A stretch of DNA of 64,000 nucleotides from Leptolyngbya sp. (GTDB lineage Bacteria > Cyanobacteriota > Cyanobacteriia > Phormidesmidales > Phormidesmidaceae), in NCBI GenBank assembly GCA_035285305.1, contig JAYKHF010000045.1, positions 968 to 64,967 of the forward strand. Direction: 5' to 3'. Numbering within the stretch: the first letter of the stretch is position 1; each line of letters begins with the position of its first letter. The position numbers were made by a program, and so were the translations under genes. The notes beneath the pieces are model-generated. The model saw only the letters and a list, made by a program, of their open reading frames with translations, was not told where the DNA came from and searched no databases. Positions 45,477 to 56,220 of the stretch are shown here, one piece after another.

Positions 45477-46453
45477 TTGGACGCCTCAACGGGGGGCAGG
45501 GGGTGCGCACTGGGTTCAGTGGTGGTCAGGTTGAGGAATACATCCTCTAGGGTGGCCTGCTGGCGGTGCAGTTCATGCAGTTCTAGCCCCGCGTGAACCA
45601 GGCTAGCGGCGATGGCTTGGCCCAGGTTGGCCCCCTGATGGCCCGCCACCCATAGCCGATGGTGGTGTTCCGGCAGGTGGTCGGGCTTGAGGGTATCCAC
45701 CTGCCGCACCTCGGACAACTGAGTCAGCACAGAATGCGCCCGGTTCACGTCGCCCTTAATTTCCACCTCGTAGGCGGTTTCCCCAGCGAGGCGGGCCGTG
45801 AGGTTGTCGGGAGTATCCGTAGCCACAACCTGGCCTCGGTTGATGATCGTCACCCGGTCGCAGGTCATGCTCACCTCCGGCAGGATGTGGGTGGAAAGGA
45901 TGATGGTGTGGCTTCCGGCGAGGCTTTTAATCAACTGCCGCACTTCGTTGATTTGGCGCGGATCGAGACCCACGGTGGGCTCGTCCAAAATAATCACGGG
46001 CGGGTCGTGGATAATCGCCTGGGCAATGCCCACCCGCTGTCGATAGCCCTTAGACAGCTTGCGAATCAGCGTCGTGCGTCGATCCAGCAATCCGCAGCGC
46101 TCCATGGCGATTTGGGCGCGTTGGGGTCGCGTTCCCACCGGAACGCCCTTAATTTTGGCCACAAAGTTCAGATAGCCCTCCACCGTCATCTGCGGATACA
46201 GCGGCGGCGACTCTGGCAAATAGCCAATCCGCTGGCGCACCGCCATGGAATCGGTGTGGACATCGTAGCCCGCAATCCGGGCCGTCCCTTCCGAGGCTGG
46301 CAAATAGCCCGACAAAATCCGCATGGTGGTGGTTTTGCCCGCTCCGTTTGGCCCCAAAAAGCCTAGGATCTCCCCCGGCTGCGCCTCAAAGGTGACATCG
46401 CGAATGGCCGGGGTAGAGCCATAGGTTTTACCGAGGTGCTCAACTTCAATCAT
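45473..46453 (-). CDS. GldA-like ABC ATP-binding protein
   Basis: GPNGAGKTT, LSKGYRQRVG.AQA..HDP, LDEPT.GLDP, STHIL.EV. Confidence 0.9.
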   Translation of the reverse strand: MIEVEHLGKTYGSTPAIRDVTFEAQPGEILGFLGPNGAGKTTTMRILSGYLPASEGTARIAGYDVHTDSMAVRQRIGYLPESPPLYPQMTVEGYLNFVAKIKGVPVGTRPQRAQIAMERCGLLDRRTTLIRKLSKGYRQRVGIAQAIIHDPPVIILDEPTVGLDPRQINEVRQLIKSLAGSHTIILSTHILPEVSMTCDRVTIINRGQVVATDTPDNLTARLAGETAYEVEIKGDVNRAHSVLTQLSEVRQVDTLKPDHLPEHHHRLWVAGHQGANLGQAIAASLVHAGLELHELHRQQATLEDVFLNLTTTEPSAHPLPPVEASK

Positions 46454-46597
46454 GGACGCCTCATAGCCGGTGGGATCAATGAACCGTTATAGCAAACAAG
46501 GGGTTCACTGTGGGCGAAGAGGGTGACGGGAAGTAGAACGCGGGGTGGCGGAAAGGGGGTGCATTACGGCTTTCTTGGCACATTACGGCCCAGGAAT

Positions 46598-46635
46598 GTA
46601 GGGTGCATTCGCGAAGCAACGCAGAGCAATGCACC
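46598..46635 (+). repeat. GTAG-REP family A copy downstream of phoU
   Basis: GTAGGGTGCATTCGCGAAGCAACGCAGAGCAATGCACC. Confidence 0.75.
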
Positions 46636-46654
46636 CAAGCCCCATAGAGAGAAA

Positions 46655-47317
46655 TCAGGTGCGTTCTCCGGTGACGATGTAGGCCACCCGCTTACCGATG
46701 TTGGTGGCGTGATCGGCAATGCGTTCCATGTAGCGAATGGCGAGCACCAGCAACACCGTCGGTTCGACCGATCCCACCAGGTTGGTCTGGTGCGCTAACA
46801 GGTCATAGAGTTCGTCGTAGTCGTTGTCTACGGCATCATCTTTTTGCTTAATCTCTAGGCCCACACTAGCGTCTAGATCCGAAAGGGACAGTAAGCTCAT
46901 GGCCACGATGGATCGGCAGCGATCGAGCATGATCTGCACCCGGCCCATGAGGGGATGCACCGGGTAGGGAAACAGCTTAATGGCCACATCGCCCAGGTCC
47001 TTGGCATAGTCGCCGATGCGTTCTAAATCCCGCACCATTTGGATAAACGCCCCCACCCGTCGCAAATCCACATCCGCCGAGGTGGTGAGGATAAACAGGT
47101 GCATACAGTCCACTTCAATTTGTCGATAAAACCGATCCACCTGCTGATCTTGGCTCCGGAGTCGCTGGGCGGCTTCCAAATTGCGATCGCAGAGGGCCTC
47201 CCGAGCCAACACACAGGAACTCTCCACCAGGGCACCCATGCGCAGCAAATCTCGCTGCACCCGCAGAATCTGGCGCTCAAACTCGCTGCGCAGAGGAGGT
47301 GTACTCTTCACCGCCAT
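46655..47317 (-). CDS. phoU: Phosphate signalling protein PhoU
   Basis: DLRR, DLERIGDYA, DD.VD, ERIADHATNI; start may extend to 47374. Confidence 0.93.
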   Translation of the reverse strand: MAVKSTPPLRSEFERQILRVQRDLLRMGALVESSCVLAREALCDRNLEAAQRLRSQDQQVDRFYRQIEVDCMHLFILTTSADVDLRRVGAFIQMVRDLERIGDYAKDLGDVAIKLFPYPVHPLMGRVQIMLDRCRSIVAMSLLSLSDLDASVGLEIKQKDDAVDNDYDELYDLLAHQTNLVGSVEPTVLLVLAIRYMERIADHATNIGKRVAYIVTGERT

Positions 47318-47448
47318 TGGCGGCGTCAACCATGGATCCGCGTCCTGCACCAAATCTGCCCTCCTTGAGGTCATCCCAACCGCTGGCCCCAGGGGTGAGC
47401 CCAGATCCTGTGACCAACTGTAGCCTGCCTAGTCCTTGCTTTTCGTTG

Positions 47449-47483
47449 GCTTTAAAGCAAGGTTTAGTTAGCTTAGCGTTAAT
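47449..47483 (-). promoter_or_regulatory. Possible Pho (SphR) box upstream of phoU
   Basis: Minus-strand YTTAAYYW-like units in 11-bp register (CTAAACCT / TTTAAAGC and ATTAACGC / GCTAACTA); degenerate. Confidence 0.35.
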
Positions 47484-47651
47484 TTTCCTCAAACTCCGTC
47501 GATTGCTTCCCGCTTTTTGGCCGTAATCCGGCCCCTCAGTGGGAAGCAAACGGCGTCCTTTGCCCCCCGATCCCACGGTGGAGGCGTAACGTCGCCGCAC
47601 CTTTGGCCTCCGCTTCTGCCTAGGAGAGGCTGGGGGGATGTTGCTATATTC

Positions 47652-48365
47652 TTAGGCTTGACATTGCCCTAGGCTCTCGGGATGCTTGGCAATCAGATAG
47701 CCACAGCGATGTTCCCCCTGTACCAGCCAGTGGGTGCGCTGCACGGCGCAGTCTGACAGGGCCAGTTGAAACATCTCTAGCTCGTGGCCGCAGACGCTGG
47801 GGAAGGATTCGGCGATGTGGGAAATGGCGCAGTTGTATTCCGTGATGATGTAGCAGGGGCCAGAGGTATCCATACCCATCGGAGACTGCATCTCAGCGGG
47901 ATCAACCTCATGCCATTCGGCCATGTAGCCCTCGGCCTGTCGGAGGTTCACCAATTTGGCCACCCGTTCCGCCACGGTGCCGGTGCCCACCTGGTCGCGG
48001 TATTCCAGGGCCTTTCGCTCCCATTGTTTTCGTAGGATGGTACCGACCTGGTCTTTGCCCACGGTTTCCGCCAGGGTGTCTAGCAGGGAAATGGCAAATT
48101 CGTCGTACTGGGCGGGGAAACGATCCCGCCCTTTGGTGCTGAGGCGGTAGAGGTGGTTGGGTCGGCCCATGCCTTCGTGGACAGCGCGATGCTCAATTAA
48201 GGCCTCTGCCTCCAAGTCCTTGAGGTGACGGCGGATGGCCTGGGCGCTGACCTCGAAATGTTCCGCCAAGGCCTGGGCGGTGGCCTCGCCCTGCTTCAGC
48301 AGGTAGACCAAGATGTCGTCCTTGGTGGAGGAGGGTTGCTGCACAAAGGTCATGGCATCGGCCAA
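47652..48365 (-). CDS. sufR: Fe-S cluster biogenesis repressor SufR
   Basis: HTH (QAIRRHLKDLE..GRP), EGYMAE, E.NCAI..A...P.VC.HEL, HRCGY; divergent from the suf operon. Confidence 0.95.
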   Translation of the reverse strand: MADAMTFVQQPSSTKDDILVYLLKQGEATAQALAEHFEVSAQAIRRHLKDLEAEALIEHRAVHEGMGRPNHLYRLSTKGRDRFPAQYDEFAISLLDTLAETVGKDQVGTILRKQWERKALEYRDQVGTGTVAERVAKLVNLRQAEGYMAEWHEVDPAEMQSPMGMDTSGPCYIITEYNCAISHIAESFPSVCGHELEMFQLALSDCAVQRTHWLVQGEHRCGYLIAKHPESLGQCQA

Positions 48366-48403
48366 CGTGAAGGACTCTGAAACACTAACAGCCTGTACTT
48401 TGA

Positions 48404-48457
48404 CAACATCTATGTTGCTAAACTACCCTAAGATTGAGTTAGACAACCTAAAGGTTG
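48404..48457. promoter_or_regulatory. Two SufR operators CAAC-N6-GTTG
   Basis: CAAC-ATCTAT-GTTG (48404-17) and CAAC-CTAAAG-GTTG (48444-57), 26 bp apart, in the sufR/suf divergent promoter. Confidence 0.85.
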
Positions 48458-48507
48458 CTTTAATTGTATAGAATTAATGGGCTGTGTAGCCATATCTTTG
48501 TTCTGCG

Positions 48508-48870
48508 ATGACTGTCACCCCTCCCACCCAAGCCTCCGACAAAAACCTCGAAATGATGCGAAGCTTTGCCCAAAGCTACGCCAAACGCACGGGCACCTAT
48601 TTTTGTGCGGATCCCGGCGTGACAGCGGTGGTGCTGGAGGGATTGGCCAAGCACAAGGATGATCTAGGATCTCCCCTCTGTCCCTGTCGCCACTATGAGG
48701 ACAAAGAGGCCGAGGTGAAGTCCATCTACTGGAACTGCCCCTGTGTGCCCATGCAGGAGCGCAAGGAGTGCCACTGTATGCTCTTCCTCACCCCCGACAA
48801 CCCCTTCGCCGGGGATCAGCAGGAGATCGCCTTCGAGACCATCCGCACTGAGACCAATAAGTATCAGTAA
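48508..48870 (+). CDS. ftrC: Ferredoxin-thioredoxin reductase catalytic subunit
   Basis: LCPCRHY, WNCPC.PM.ERKECHCMLF. Confidence 0.95.
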   Translation: MTVTPPTQASDKNLEMMRSFAQSYAKRTGTYFCADPGVTAVVLEGLAKHKDDLGSPLCPCRHYEDKEAEVKSIYWNCPCVPMQERKECHCMLFLTPDNPFAGDQQEIAFETIRTETNKYQ

Positions 48871-48929
48871 GCCCCGCCTAACCCCCAACGAACCCCGTTG
48901 ACCGAGCCGCCATCGAGAGAGTCGAGTCT

Positions 48930-50366
48930 ATGAGTGCTTCTGTTCAGTCCCTCGTTAGCCAGCCCTATAAGTACGGTTTCACCACCGACATTGAGGCCGA
49001 TGTTATCCCCCGTGGCCTCAGTGAGGACGTGGTGCGGCTGATTTCCGCCAAGAAAAACGAGCCGGAATTCATGCTGGAGTTTCGCCTCAAGGCCTACCGC
49101 AAATGGCTGACCATGCCGGAACCCCTGTGGCCGAACGTCAGCTATCCGCCCATCGACTACCAGAACATCATTTACTACTCGGCTCCCAAGGTGAAAGAGA
49201 AAAAGGGCAGCTTAGAGGAAGTGGATCCCACCCTTCTCGAAACCTTCGAGAAGCTGGGCATTCCCCTCTCCGAGCAAAAGCGCTTGGCCAACGTGGCGGT
49301 GGATGCCATTTTTGACAGCGTTTCCGTGGCCACCACCTTTAAGGAAAAGCTGGCGGACGTGGGGGTCATTTTCTGCTCCATTTCTGAAGCCATCCAGGAA
49401 CACCCGGAACTGGTCGAGAAATACCTCGGTAGCGTGGTGCCCATCGGCGACAACTACTTCGCAGCGCTGAATTCGGCGGTATTTAGCGACGGATCCTTTG
49501 TGTACATTCCTAAGGACACCGTCTGTCCGATGGATTTGTCCACCTACTTCCGCATCAACAACGGCGACTCGGGCCAGTTCGAGCGCACGCTGATCGTGGC
49601 GGAATCCGGTAGTTCGGTGACGTACCTGGAGGGCTGCACTGCCCCCATGTATGACAGCAACCAACTCCATGCCGCCATCGTGGAACTGGTCGCCCTCGAC
49701 GAGGCCACCATCAACTACTCGACGGTGCAAAACTGGTACGCCGGAGACGAAACCGGCAAGGGTGGCATCTACAACTTCGTCACCAAGCGCGGCCTCTGTG
49801 CCGGGAAGAACTCCAAAATCTCCTGGACTCAGGTGGAAACGGGTTCCGCCATCACCTGGAAATATCCCAGTTGCGTCCTAGTCGGCGAAGGTTCCGTGGG
49901 CGAGTTCTACTCCGTGGCCCTCACCAACAACCTGCAACAGGCCGATACCGGCACCAAAATGGTTCACGTGGGCAAAAACACCAAGAGCACCATCGTGTCT
50001 AAGGGGATTTCCGCCGCCAAGTCGAAAAACAGCTATCGCGGCCTAGTGAAAATTGGCCCCAAGGCCGAAGGAGCCCGCAACTACTCCCAGTGCGACTCCA
50101 TGCTGATCGGCGACACCTCCAGCGCCAACACCTTCCCCTACATCCAGGTGCAAAATAGCACCGCCCAGGTGGAACACGAAGCCTCCACCTCCAAAATTGG
50201 GGAAGACCAGCTCTTCTACTTTGCCCAGCGCGGCATTTCCCCCGAAGATGCGGTGTCGATGATCATCAGCGGCTTCTGTCGCGATGTGTTCAACAAACTG
50301 CCGATGGAATTTGCCGCCGAAGCCGATAAACTGCTGGCCCTCAAACTCGAAAACAGCGTCGGGTAG
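48930..50366 (+). CDS. sufB: Fe-S cluster assembly protein SufB
   Basis: [50 protein letters not shown]. Confidence 0.98.
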   Translation: MSASVQSLVSQPYKYGFTTDIEADVIPRGLSEDVVRLISAKKNEPEFMLEFRLKAYRKWLTMPEPLWPNVSYPPIDYQNIIYYSAPKVKEKKGSLEEVDPTLLETFEKLGIPLSEQKRLANVAVDAIFDSVSVATTFKEKLADVGVIFCSISEAIQEHPELVEKYLGSVVPIGDNYFAALNSAVFSDGSFVYIPKDTVCPMDLSTYFRINNGDSGQFERTLIVAESGSSVTYLEGCTAPMYDSNQLHAAIVELVALDEATINYSTVQNWYAGDETGKGGIYNFVTKRGLCAGKNSKISWTQVETGSAITWKYPSCVLVGEGSVGEFYSVALTNNLQQADTGTKMVHVGKNTKSTIVSKGISAAKSKNSYRGLVKIGPKAEGARNYSQCDSMLIGDTSSANTFPYIQVQNSTAQVEHEASTSKIGEDQLFYFAQRGISPEDAVSMIISGFCRDVFNKLPMEFAAEADKLLALKLENSVG

Positions 50367-50519
50367 CCCTCACCCCCAACCCCTCTCCCAGGGAGGAGAG
50401 GGGAGCCGGAAATCCCGTAGGGTGCATAACGCCGAGGCGAGGCTAACGCCAACGCGCCAGCAATGCACCACTCCCGGCGGGTTCCTCGAAGGTGCATTGC
50501 TGGCGCGAATGCACCCTAC
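50366..50519. repeat. Composite repeat in sufB-sufC spacer: CCCTCACCC half element + inverted pair of GTAG-REP family A
   Basis: 50366-50403 half element; REP at 50417-50469 (+, with insert) and 50491-50519 (-, minimal 29 bp). Confidence 0.8.
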
Positions 50520-50588
50520 GAATTACCGTTATTGCCTAATTGATTTTTGCCGATTTCTTCCCTGGATATTGCCCATCACCCCAACACC

Positions 50589-51377
50589 ATGATTAACGAC
50601 AACAGCGAGATCATTCTTTCCGTCAAAAACCTCCATGCCAACGTGGACGGTACCGAAATCCTGAAGGGCTTGAACCTAGAGGTACGGGCTGGGGAAATCC
50701 ATGCCATCATGGGCCTGAATGGGTCTGGTAAAAGCACGTTTTCTAAGGTGTTGGCGGGTCATCCCGATTACGAAGTCACCGCTGGAGAAGTGCTGTTTAA
50801 GGGTGACAATATCCTGGAACTGGAACCCCATGAACGGGCTACATCCGGTGTGTTTCTAGCTTTTCAATATCCCCTAGAAATTCCGGGCGTCAGCAACCGC
50901 GACTTTTTGCGCGTGGCCTACAATGCCCACCGCAAAGCCAGGGGCGAAGAGGAAATCGATGTATTCGATTTTGATGACCTGCTAGACGAGCGGCTGGGAG
51001 TGGTGAAAATGGATGCTTCTTTCCTTGATCGCAGTGTCAACGAAGGCTTCTCCGGCGGCGAGAAAAAGCGCAATGAAATCCTGCAAATGGCGCTGCTAGA
51101 ACCCGCCCTGGCCATTTTGGATGAAACCGATTCTGGCCTCGACATCGATGCCCTGAAAATCGTGGCCAACGGCGTCAACCAACTCACCACCCCCGACAAT
51201 GCCGTGGTGTTGATCACCCACTACCAGCGGCTGCTCGACTACATCGTGCCCGACTACGTTCACGTCATGGCCGAGGGCCGTATCATCACCACGGGCGGCA
51301 AAGAACTGGCCCTAGAACTCGAATCTCGCGGCTACGAGTGGATTTTGGCCGAACACCGTGCGGAGGCTGTGGCGTAA
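50589..51377 (+). CDS. sufC: Fe-S cluster assembly ATPase SufC
   Basis: [49 protein letters not shown]. Confidence 0.97.
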   Translation: MINDNSEIILSVKNLHANVDGTEILKGLNLEVRAGEIHAIMGLNGSGKSTFSKVLAGHPDYEVTAGEVLFKGDNILELEPHERATSGVFLAFQYPLEIPGVSNRDFLRVAYNAHRKARGEEEIDVFDFDDLLDERLGVVKMDASFLDRSVNEGFSGGEKKRNEILQMALLEPALAILDETDSGLDIDALKIVANGVNQLTTPDNAVVLITHYQRLLDYIVPDYVHVMAEGRIITTGGKELALELESRGYEWILAEHRAEAVA

Positions 51378-52723
51378 TGGCAAGTTCTCCTGATACCAAC
51401 GCAACCCTCGATATACCGACCTCGGCTAGCCTTGCCGATCAACGGGATGCCTACCTCAAGGCGCTGATCGCCACAGCCAAAGCCGCCGTTCCCGCCGACC
51501 TGGCCCTAGCCGATCTCCGCACCCGCGCCGCAGCCCTGCTGAAGGAGGAAACCTTTCCCTCCCCCCGCCAAGAAGACTGGCGCTTTACCGATCTCTCGGC
51601 CCTGCTGTCGGTGGACTTTGCCCCTGCGGCACCCTCCACCGTGGCAGAAGCGGCCATTGCGCCCCTGCGGCTGCCCGAAACCACCGGGGCGCAAATCGTC
51701 GTGGTCAATGGCGTTTTCAGTGCTGAGCTATCCCAACTCGATCAACTACCGGAGGGGGCGACGGTTGGTAGCCTGCGTCAACTCAGTCAAAACCCCGACC
51801 TGATGGCCAAACTGCAACCTCGCCTCGGCCAAGCCAGCGGTGGCCACGAGGTGTTTACGGCCCTGAACACCGTCGGTTTTCAGGATGCGGTGGTGATTTA
51901 CCTGCCCCGCCATGGGGTAATCGACACCCCGGTGCAAATTCTCTACATTCACCAAGGCCAAGACACCCTAGCTCAACCTCGCTGCCTGGTGGTGGCGGAA
52001 ACCAGTAGCGCTCTGACCCTGGTAGAGGACTTTTGGGGCACGGGGGATGAAGTACGCCTCACCAATGCCGTGACTGAAATCTGGCTAGAGGCCAACGCCC
52101 AGCTTACCCACAGCCGCATTCAGCGGGAGGGTGCAGGCACCTACCACATCGGCAAAACCGTGATTACCCAGGCCCGCGATAGCCAGTACATCGGTACGGC
52201 GGCAGATTTTGGGGCCAAGCTTGCCCGTCACCATTGGGAAACCTACCAAACCGGGGATCACACCACCACCAAGCTCTACGGCCTAGGCGCGATTACCGAC
52301 ACCCAGCACGCCGACACCCACAGCCTGGTGGCCCTCAGCCATCCCCACGGCACCGTGGAGCAGCAGCACAAGGCGATTGTGGACGGCAAGGCCCACAGCG
52401 TCTTTAACGGTCGGGTCATGGTCTCCCAAAAGGCGCAGCAGACCAACGCCAGCCAGCTTAACCGGAATCTGCTGCTGTCGGACAAGGCCAGGGTAGACAC
52501 CAAACCCCAGCTTGAGATTGTGGCCGACGACGTGAAATGTGCCCACGGGGCCACCGTTAGCCAGCTTCAGGCCGATGAGATTTTCTATCTGCAAAGTCGC
52601 GGCATTCGTGCGGCCCAGGCCCAGCGATTGCTGATCTACGCCTTTGCCATGGAAATCCTAGACCGGATCCCGTTAGAATCACTGCGTGCTACCCTGGCCG
52701 AACGAATTACCCAATGGACGTAG
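51377..52723 (+). CDS. sufD: Fe-S cluster assembly protein SufD
   Basis: E.WRFTD, VFNG, TKPQLEI.ADDVKCAHGATV, FYLQSRGI; TAATG overlap with sufC. Confidence 0.95.
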   Translation: MASSPDTNATLDIPTSASLADQRDAYLKALIATAKAAVPADLALADLRTRAAALLKEETFPSPRQEDWRFTDLSALLSVDFAPAAPSTVAEAAIAPLRLPETTGAQIVVVNGVFSAELSQLDQLPEGATVGSLRQLSQNPDLMAKLQPRLGQASGGHEVFTALNTVGFQDAVVIYLPRHGVIDTPVQILYIHQGQDTLAQPRCLVVAETSSALTLVEDFWGTGDEVRLTNAVTEIWLEANAQLTHSRIQREGAGTYHIGKTVITQARDSQYIGTAADFGAKLARHHWETYQTGDHTTTKLYGLGAITDTQHADTHSLVALSHPHGTVEQQHKAIVDGKAHSVFNGRVMVSQKAQQTNASQLNRNLLLSDKARVDTKPQLEIVADDVKCAHGATVSQLQADEIFYLQSRGIRAAQAQRLLIYAFAMEILDRIPLESLRATLAERITQWT

Positions 52724-52746
52724 GTTGCCCTCGTCCTTGGCCCTTT

Positions 52747-52779
52747 GGCCCTCACCCCCAGCCCCTCTCCCATGGGGAG
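52747..52779 (+). repeat. CCCTCACCC half element in sufD-sufS spacer
   Basis: GGCCCTCACCCCCAGCCCCTCTCCCATGGGGAG. Confidence 0.7.
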
Positions 52780-52821
52780 TCGGGATAGCCCACCCACCCA
52801 TTACATTACCCCCGCCCTCCC

Positions 52822-54093
52822 ATGACCGTCGCCCAAGAACTTTCCCTGGCTGCTAAGGTTCGTGCCGACTTCCCGATTTTGCATCAGGCGGTGAACGATC
52901 ACCCATTGGTGTACCTCGATAATGCGGCCACCTCCCAAAAGCCGAGGGCGGTGCTGGAGGCGCTGAACCACTACTACCAACTCGACAACGCCAACGTTCA
53001 CCGGGGGATTCATGCCCTCAGTGCGCGGGCCACCGATGCCTACGAGGGAGCGCGGGATAAGGTTGCGGCCTTTGTCAACGCCGCCAGCCGGGATGAGATT
53101 GTCTTTACCCGCAACGCCAGCGAGGCAATTAACCTCGTCGCCTACGCCTGGGGGATGAGTGCCCTGAAGCCGGGGGACGAAATCATCCTCTCGGTGATGG
53201 AGCACCACAGCAACCTGGTGCCCTGGCAGTTTGTGGCCCAGCGCACGGGGGCGGTGCTCAAGTTCGTGGGCTTAACCGAGGATCAAGCCTTTGACCTGGA
53301 ACAGTACCGTTCCCTGGTGAGCGACCAGACTCGCCTCGTCGCGGTGAACCACGTTTCCAACGCCCTGGGCTGCATTAACCCGGTGGAGGAGATCATCGCC
53401 CTGGCCCACCGCCACGGGGCCAAGGTGTTGATCGACGGCTGCCAGAGTGCGCCCCACCTGCCCCTGAATATGCAGGCGATGGACTGTGACTGGTTCGTGG
53501 CCTCTGGCCATAAGATGTGCGGCCCCACGGGCATCGGCTTTTTGTACGGCAAGCTGGCCCTGCTTCAGGAGATGCCCCCTTTCCTGGGCGGTGGCGAAAT
53601 GATCGCCGACGTGTACTTCGACCACGCCACCTACGCTGACCTGCCCCACAAGTTTGAGGCAGGCACCCCCGCCATCGCCGAAGCGATCGCCCTCGGTGCC
53701 GCCGTGGATTATTTAGCCTCCGTCGGGATGGACAACATCGCCGCCTACGAGCATGAACTGACCGCCTACCTCTACAGGCAAATCCAGGCGATCCCCGAAA
53801 TCAAGCTCTACGGCCCTGCCCCCAAGGCCGATGGCAGCGGTCGCGCTGCATTGGCCACCTTTACCATTGACGGGGTTCACGCCCAGGATTTGGCTACCCT
53901 GCTGGATCAGTCGGGCATTGCCATTCGATCGGGCCACCACTGCACCCAGCCCTTGCACCGCCTACTAGGAGTCGATTCCACCGCCCGCGCCAGCCTCTAT
54001 TTCTACAACACCAAGGCCGAAATCGACGCCTTCATCGCGGCCCTGAAGGACACCCTGGAATTTTTCCGGGGCATTTTCGACGACGACGATTAA
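52822..54093 (+). CDS. sufS: Cysteine desulfurase SufS
   Basis: [43 protein letters not shown]. Confidence 0.96.
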   Translation: MTVAQELSLAAKVRADFPILHQAVNDHPLVYLDNAATSQKPRAVLEALNHYYQLDNANVHRGIHALSARATDAYEGARDKVAAFVNAASRDEIVFTRNASEAINLVAYAWGMSALKPGDEIILSVMEHHSNLVPWQFVAQRTGAVLKFVGLTEDQAFDLEQYRSLVSDQTRLVAVNHVSNALGCINPVEEIIALAHRHGAKVLIDGCQSAPHLPLNMQAMDCDWFVASGHKMCGPTGIGFLYGKLALLQEMPPFLGGGEMIADVYFDHATYADLPHKFEAGTPAIAEAIALGAAVDYLASVGMDNIAAYEHELTAYLYRQIQAIPEIKLYGPAPKADGSGRAALATFTIDGVHAQDLATLLDQSGIAIRSGHHCTQPLHRLLGVDSTARASLYFYNTKAEIDAFIAALKDTLEFFRGIFDDDD

Positions 54094-54141
54094 CGCCATA
54101 CCTCAAGCAGGACAGGGCCAACCAGGTCAGGGGAGAATGCG

Positions 54142-54756
54142 ATGGAATACACCTTGGCTCAGGTGGGGGCAGCGGTGTTTGCGGTGTCGGGGGTGTTGTC
54201 GGCGGCACAACAGCGGCTGGATATCTTTAGCGTGGTGGTGGTGGGGTTGCTCACGGCCATTGGTGGCGGCACGTTGCGGGATGTGATCCTAGATGTGCCG
54301 GTTTTTTGGTTGTTGGATCTAACCGCCTTTTGGGTGGCCTTGGGGGCCTCCTTTGCCACCTTTCTGGGGTTTCGGTTCCTCCTGAAATTGCCGCCTCGGA
54401 TCCTGGCCTACCTGGATGCCATGGGTGTGGCGCTGTTTTCCGTGCAGGCCATCGACAAAACCCTATCCCTGGGCCATCCGGCGGCGGTGGCGGTGGTGAT
54501 GGGTCTGATTACCAGCATCGCTGGGGGCATTCTGCGCGATGTCGTCACCCATCGGCCCACCCTGCTGCTCTCCCGAGAACTCTATGCCACTCCCATCGTG
54601 TTCGGGGGCATTCTCTATGTGTTGCTGCTGCGGGCCATTCCCAGTCCCTGGGGTCGGCTGATGGCCATGGGGCTGATTTTTGGGATTCGGGCCACCGCTA
54701 TTCGCTGGCAGTTGTTCCTACCGCTACGGCTCACCCTCAAGGTGGATCCACCCTAA
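54142..54756 (+). CDS. TRIC / YadS (UPF0126) membrane protein
   Basis: FA.SG, TAIGGGTLRD, DA.G, GG.LRDV, ELYAT. Confidence 0.85.
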   Translation: MEYTLAQVGAAVFAVSGVLSAAQQRLDIFSVVVVGLLTAIGGGTLRDVILDVPVFWLLDLTAFWVALGASFATFLGFRFLLKLPPRILAYLDAMGVALFSVQAIDKTLSLGHPAAVAVVMGLITSIAGGILRDVVTHRPTLLLSRELYATPIVFGGILYVLLLRAIPSPWGRLMAMGLIFGIRATAIRWQLFLPLRLTLKVDPP

Positions 54757-54781
54757 CCGCCAGATATAGCTGTAGTCAGTT

Positions 54782-54952
54782 TCAGTCGATTACAAACTCA
54801 CTCTATTGCCCTGATTTGGCCCTCACCCTAAATCCCTCTCCCAACGTGGGAGAGGGATTTTGAGGATTTTTCTAGCCCCCCTCTCCTCCCTGGGAGAGGG
54901 GCTGGGGGTGAGGGCCAAGCCCCTACGAAGAGACATCTTTGTGATCTACTCA
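54782..54952. mobile_element. MITE-like element containing a full CCCTCACCC palindromic core
   Basis: Imperfect 15-bp IR TCAGTCGATTACAAA / TTTGTGATCTACTCA (12/15) around the 54818-54916 core; no TSD seen. Confidence 0.45.
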
Positions 54953-55011
54953 GGTTAAAAAATAATCGTCAACCTGCGGAATGTCCGATACAAAGCATCT
55001 CCCTTCTCAGT

Positions 55012-56172
55012 TCAGTTCTCGATTTCCGTCACGACGGGTTCGTCCGGGTTGGCCCCGCCTTCCACCCTAAAGAAACCCTCCCGCAAGCGCCCGATGCCGC
55101 GACTACCGTTGAGGTTCAGGGCGGGACTCGGTTGTTGATAATTCACCCGTCCCTCGGCCAGCAAGGTTTGGCTGGGGATCGTCCAGGTGAGGCGGTCGGT
55201 GGTGAGACGGGACTGGGGCTGCTGGCGCACCACTACCACATCTTGACTGACGGTAATCACCTCATCGGCAAGATTCATGGTGCCTTGGCGAGCGGTGACC
55301 ACCAGGTTTTGGGTGGGATAGGTCACGGTCAACGGCTGATTGAGGTTAATCTGATCCGCCGCCACGAGCCACTCGAGTTCCTCGCTCCTGGCGGTGAGGG
55401 GAATCTCTAGGATCTGCATCGTCACCGATCCCTGGAGCTTGGCCACGGTATCCCCGAGGGTCACCTGCCCGCGCTGCCCTTGCACCACTTCAGTGATGGT
55501 GGTGTCTTGGAATTGCTCAATCCGCAGGGGGGCGGGGCTATCGATGCGTTCTCGATCCCAATCCCAGGCCAGTTGTTGGGCCTGGAGTTTCAGCCAGGGA
55601 TCGGTGGTGGGGTCTTCCACCACCGTATTGGCCATCACGTTACCCTGTAATTCCATCCGGTTTTCGCGGTTAAAGACCCGGAACTCGTCCGCTGTGGCCC
55701 GCAGTTGGGGATGGCTACCCGTCACGTCTTGGCGAATTACCAAGATATCGTCCTGGGGCCGCCACTCCATTTCATTGCCCCGCAGCACCGCGCCGTTTTG
55801 AATCCCCTTGGCCACAATATTGCCGCGCAAAATAATGGTGTTGCCGTTGTCGCGCATCTCTCCGCTGTCGGCGGTAACGTTGTAAATGGCCTCACCGTCT
55901 TGGAAAAGCTCGCCATCGGGGCGGGTAAAGGTTGCCACGGATCGATCGGGCCGATAGGTGGCTTCCTCGGCCTCCACTCGCCACAGTAAAACACCATTTT
56001 CGTCGGGCTGTTCCAGGGTCACATTTTCCAGGGTCAGCCCGGTTTCCACCTCCTCCTCCGGCACGGTGGGCGGGGGGGGAGGCGCTAGCGGCCCAATGCC
56101 CAGCCAGTAGGTGCCAAGGCCGATTACCGCCAAGACTGTGCCCCCAATGGCGATCCACCGTACCTTTACCAT
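55012..56172 (-). CDS. lptC: LPS export protein LptC (multi beta-jellyroll, cyanobacterial type)
   Basis: N-terminal TM, TLEQ.DE.G..LW.V.A, repeated beta-rich jellyroll segments; metG-NYN-lptC context. Confidence 0.75.
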   Translation of the reverse strand: MVKVRWIAIGGTVLAVIGLGTYWLGIGPLAPPPPPTVPEEEVETGLTLENVTLEQPDENGVLLWRVEAEEATYRPDRSVATFTRPDGELFQDGEAIYNVTADSGEMRDNGNTIILRGNIVAKGIQNGAVLRGNEMEWRPQDDILVIRQDVTGSHPQLRATADEFRVFNRENRMELQGNVMANTVVEDPTTDPWLKLQAQQLAWDWDRERIDSPAPLRIEQFQDTTITEVVQGQRGQVTLGDTVAKLQGSVTMQILEIPLTARSEELEWLVAADQINLNQPLTVTYPTQNLVVTARQGTMNLADEVITVSQDVVVVRQQPQSRLTTDRLTWTIPSQTLLAEGRVNYQQPSPALNLNGSRGIGRLREGFFRVEGGANPDEPVVTEIEN

Positions 56173-56220
56173 CGTGATTTCGCGAGGGCTATCCCCGCGC
56201 CAACGCTACCGCTACCCATC

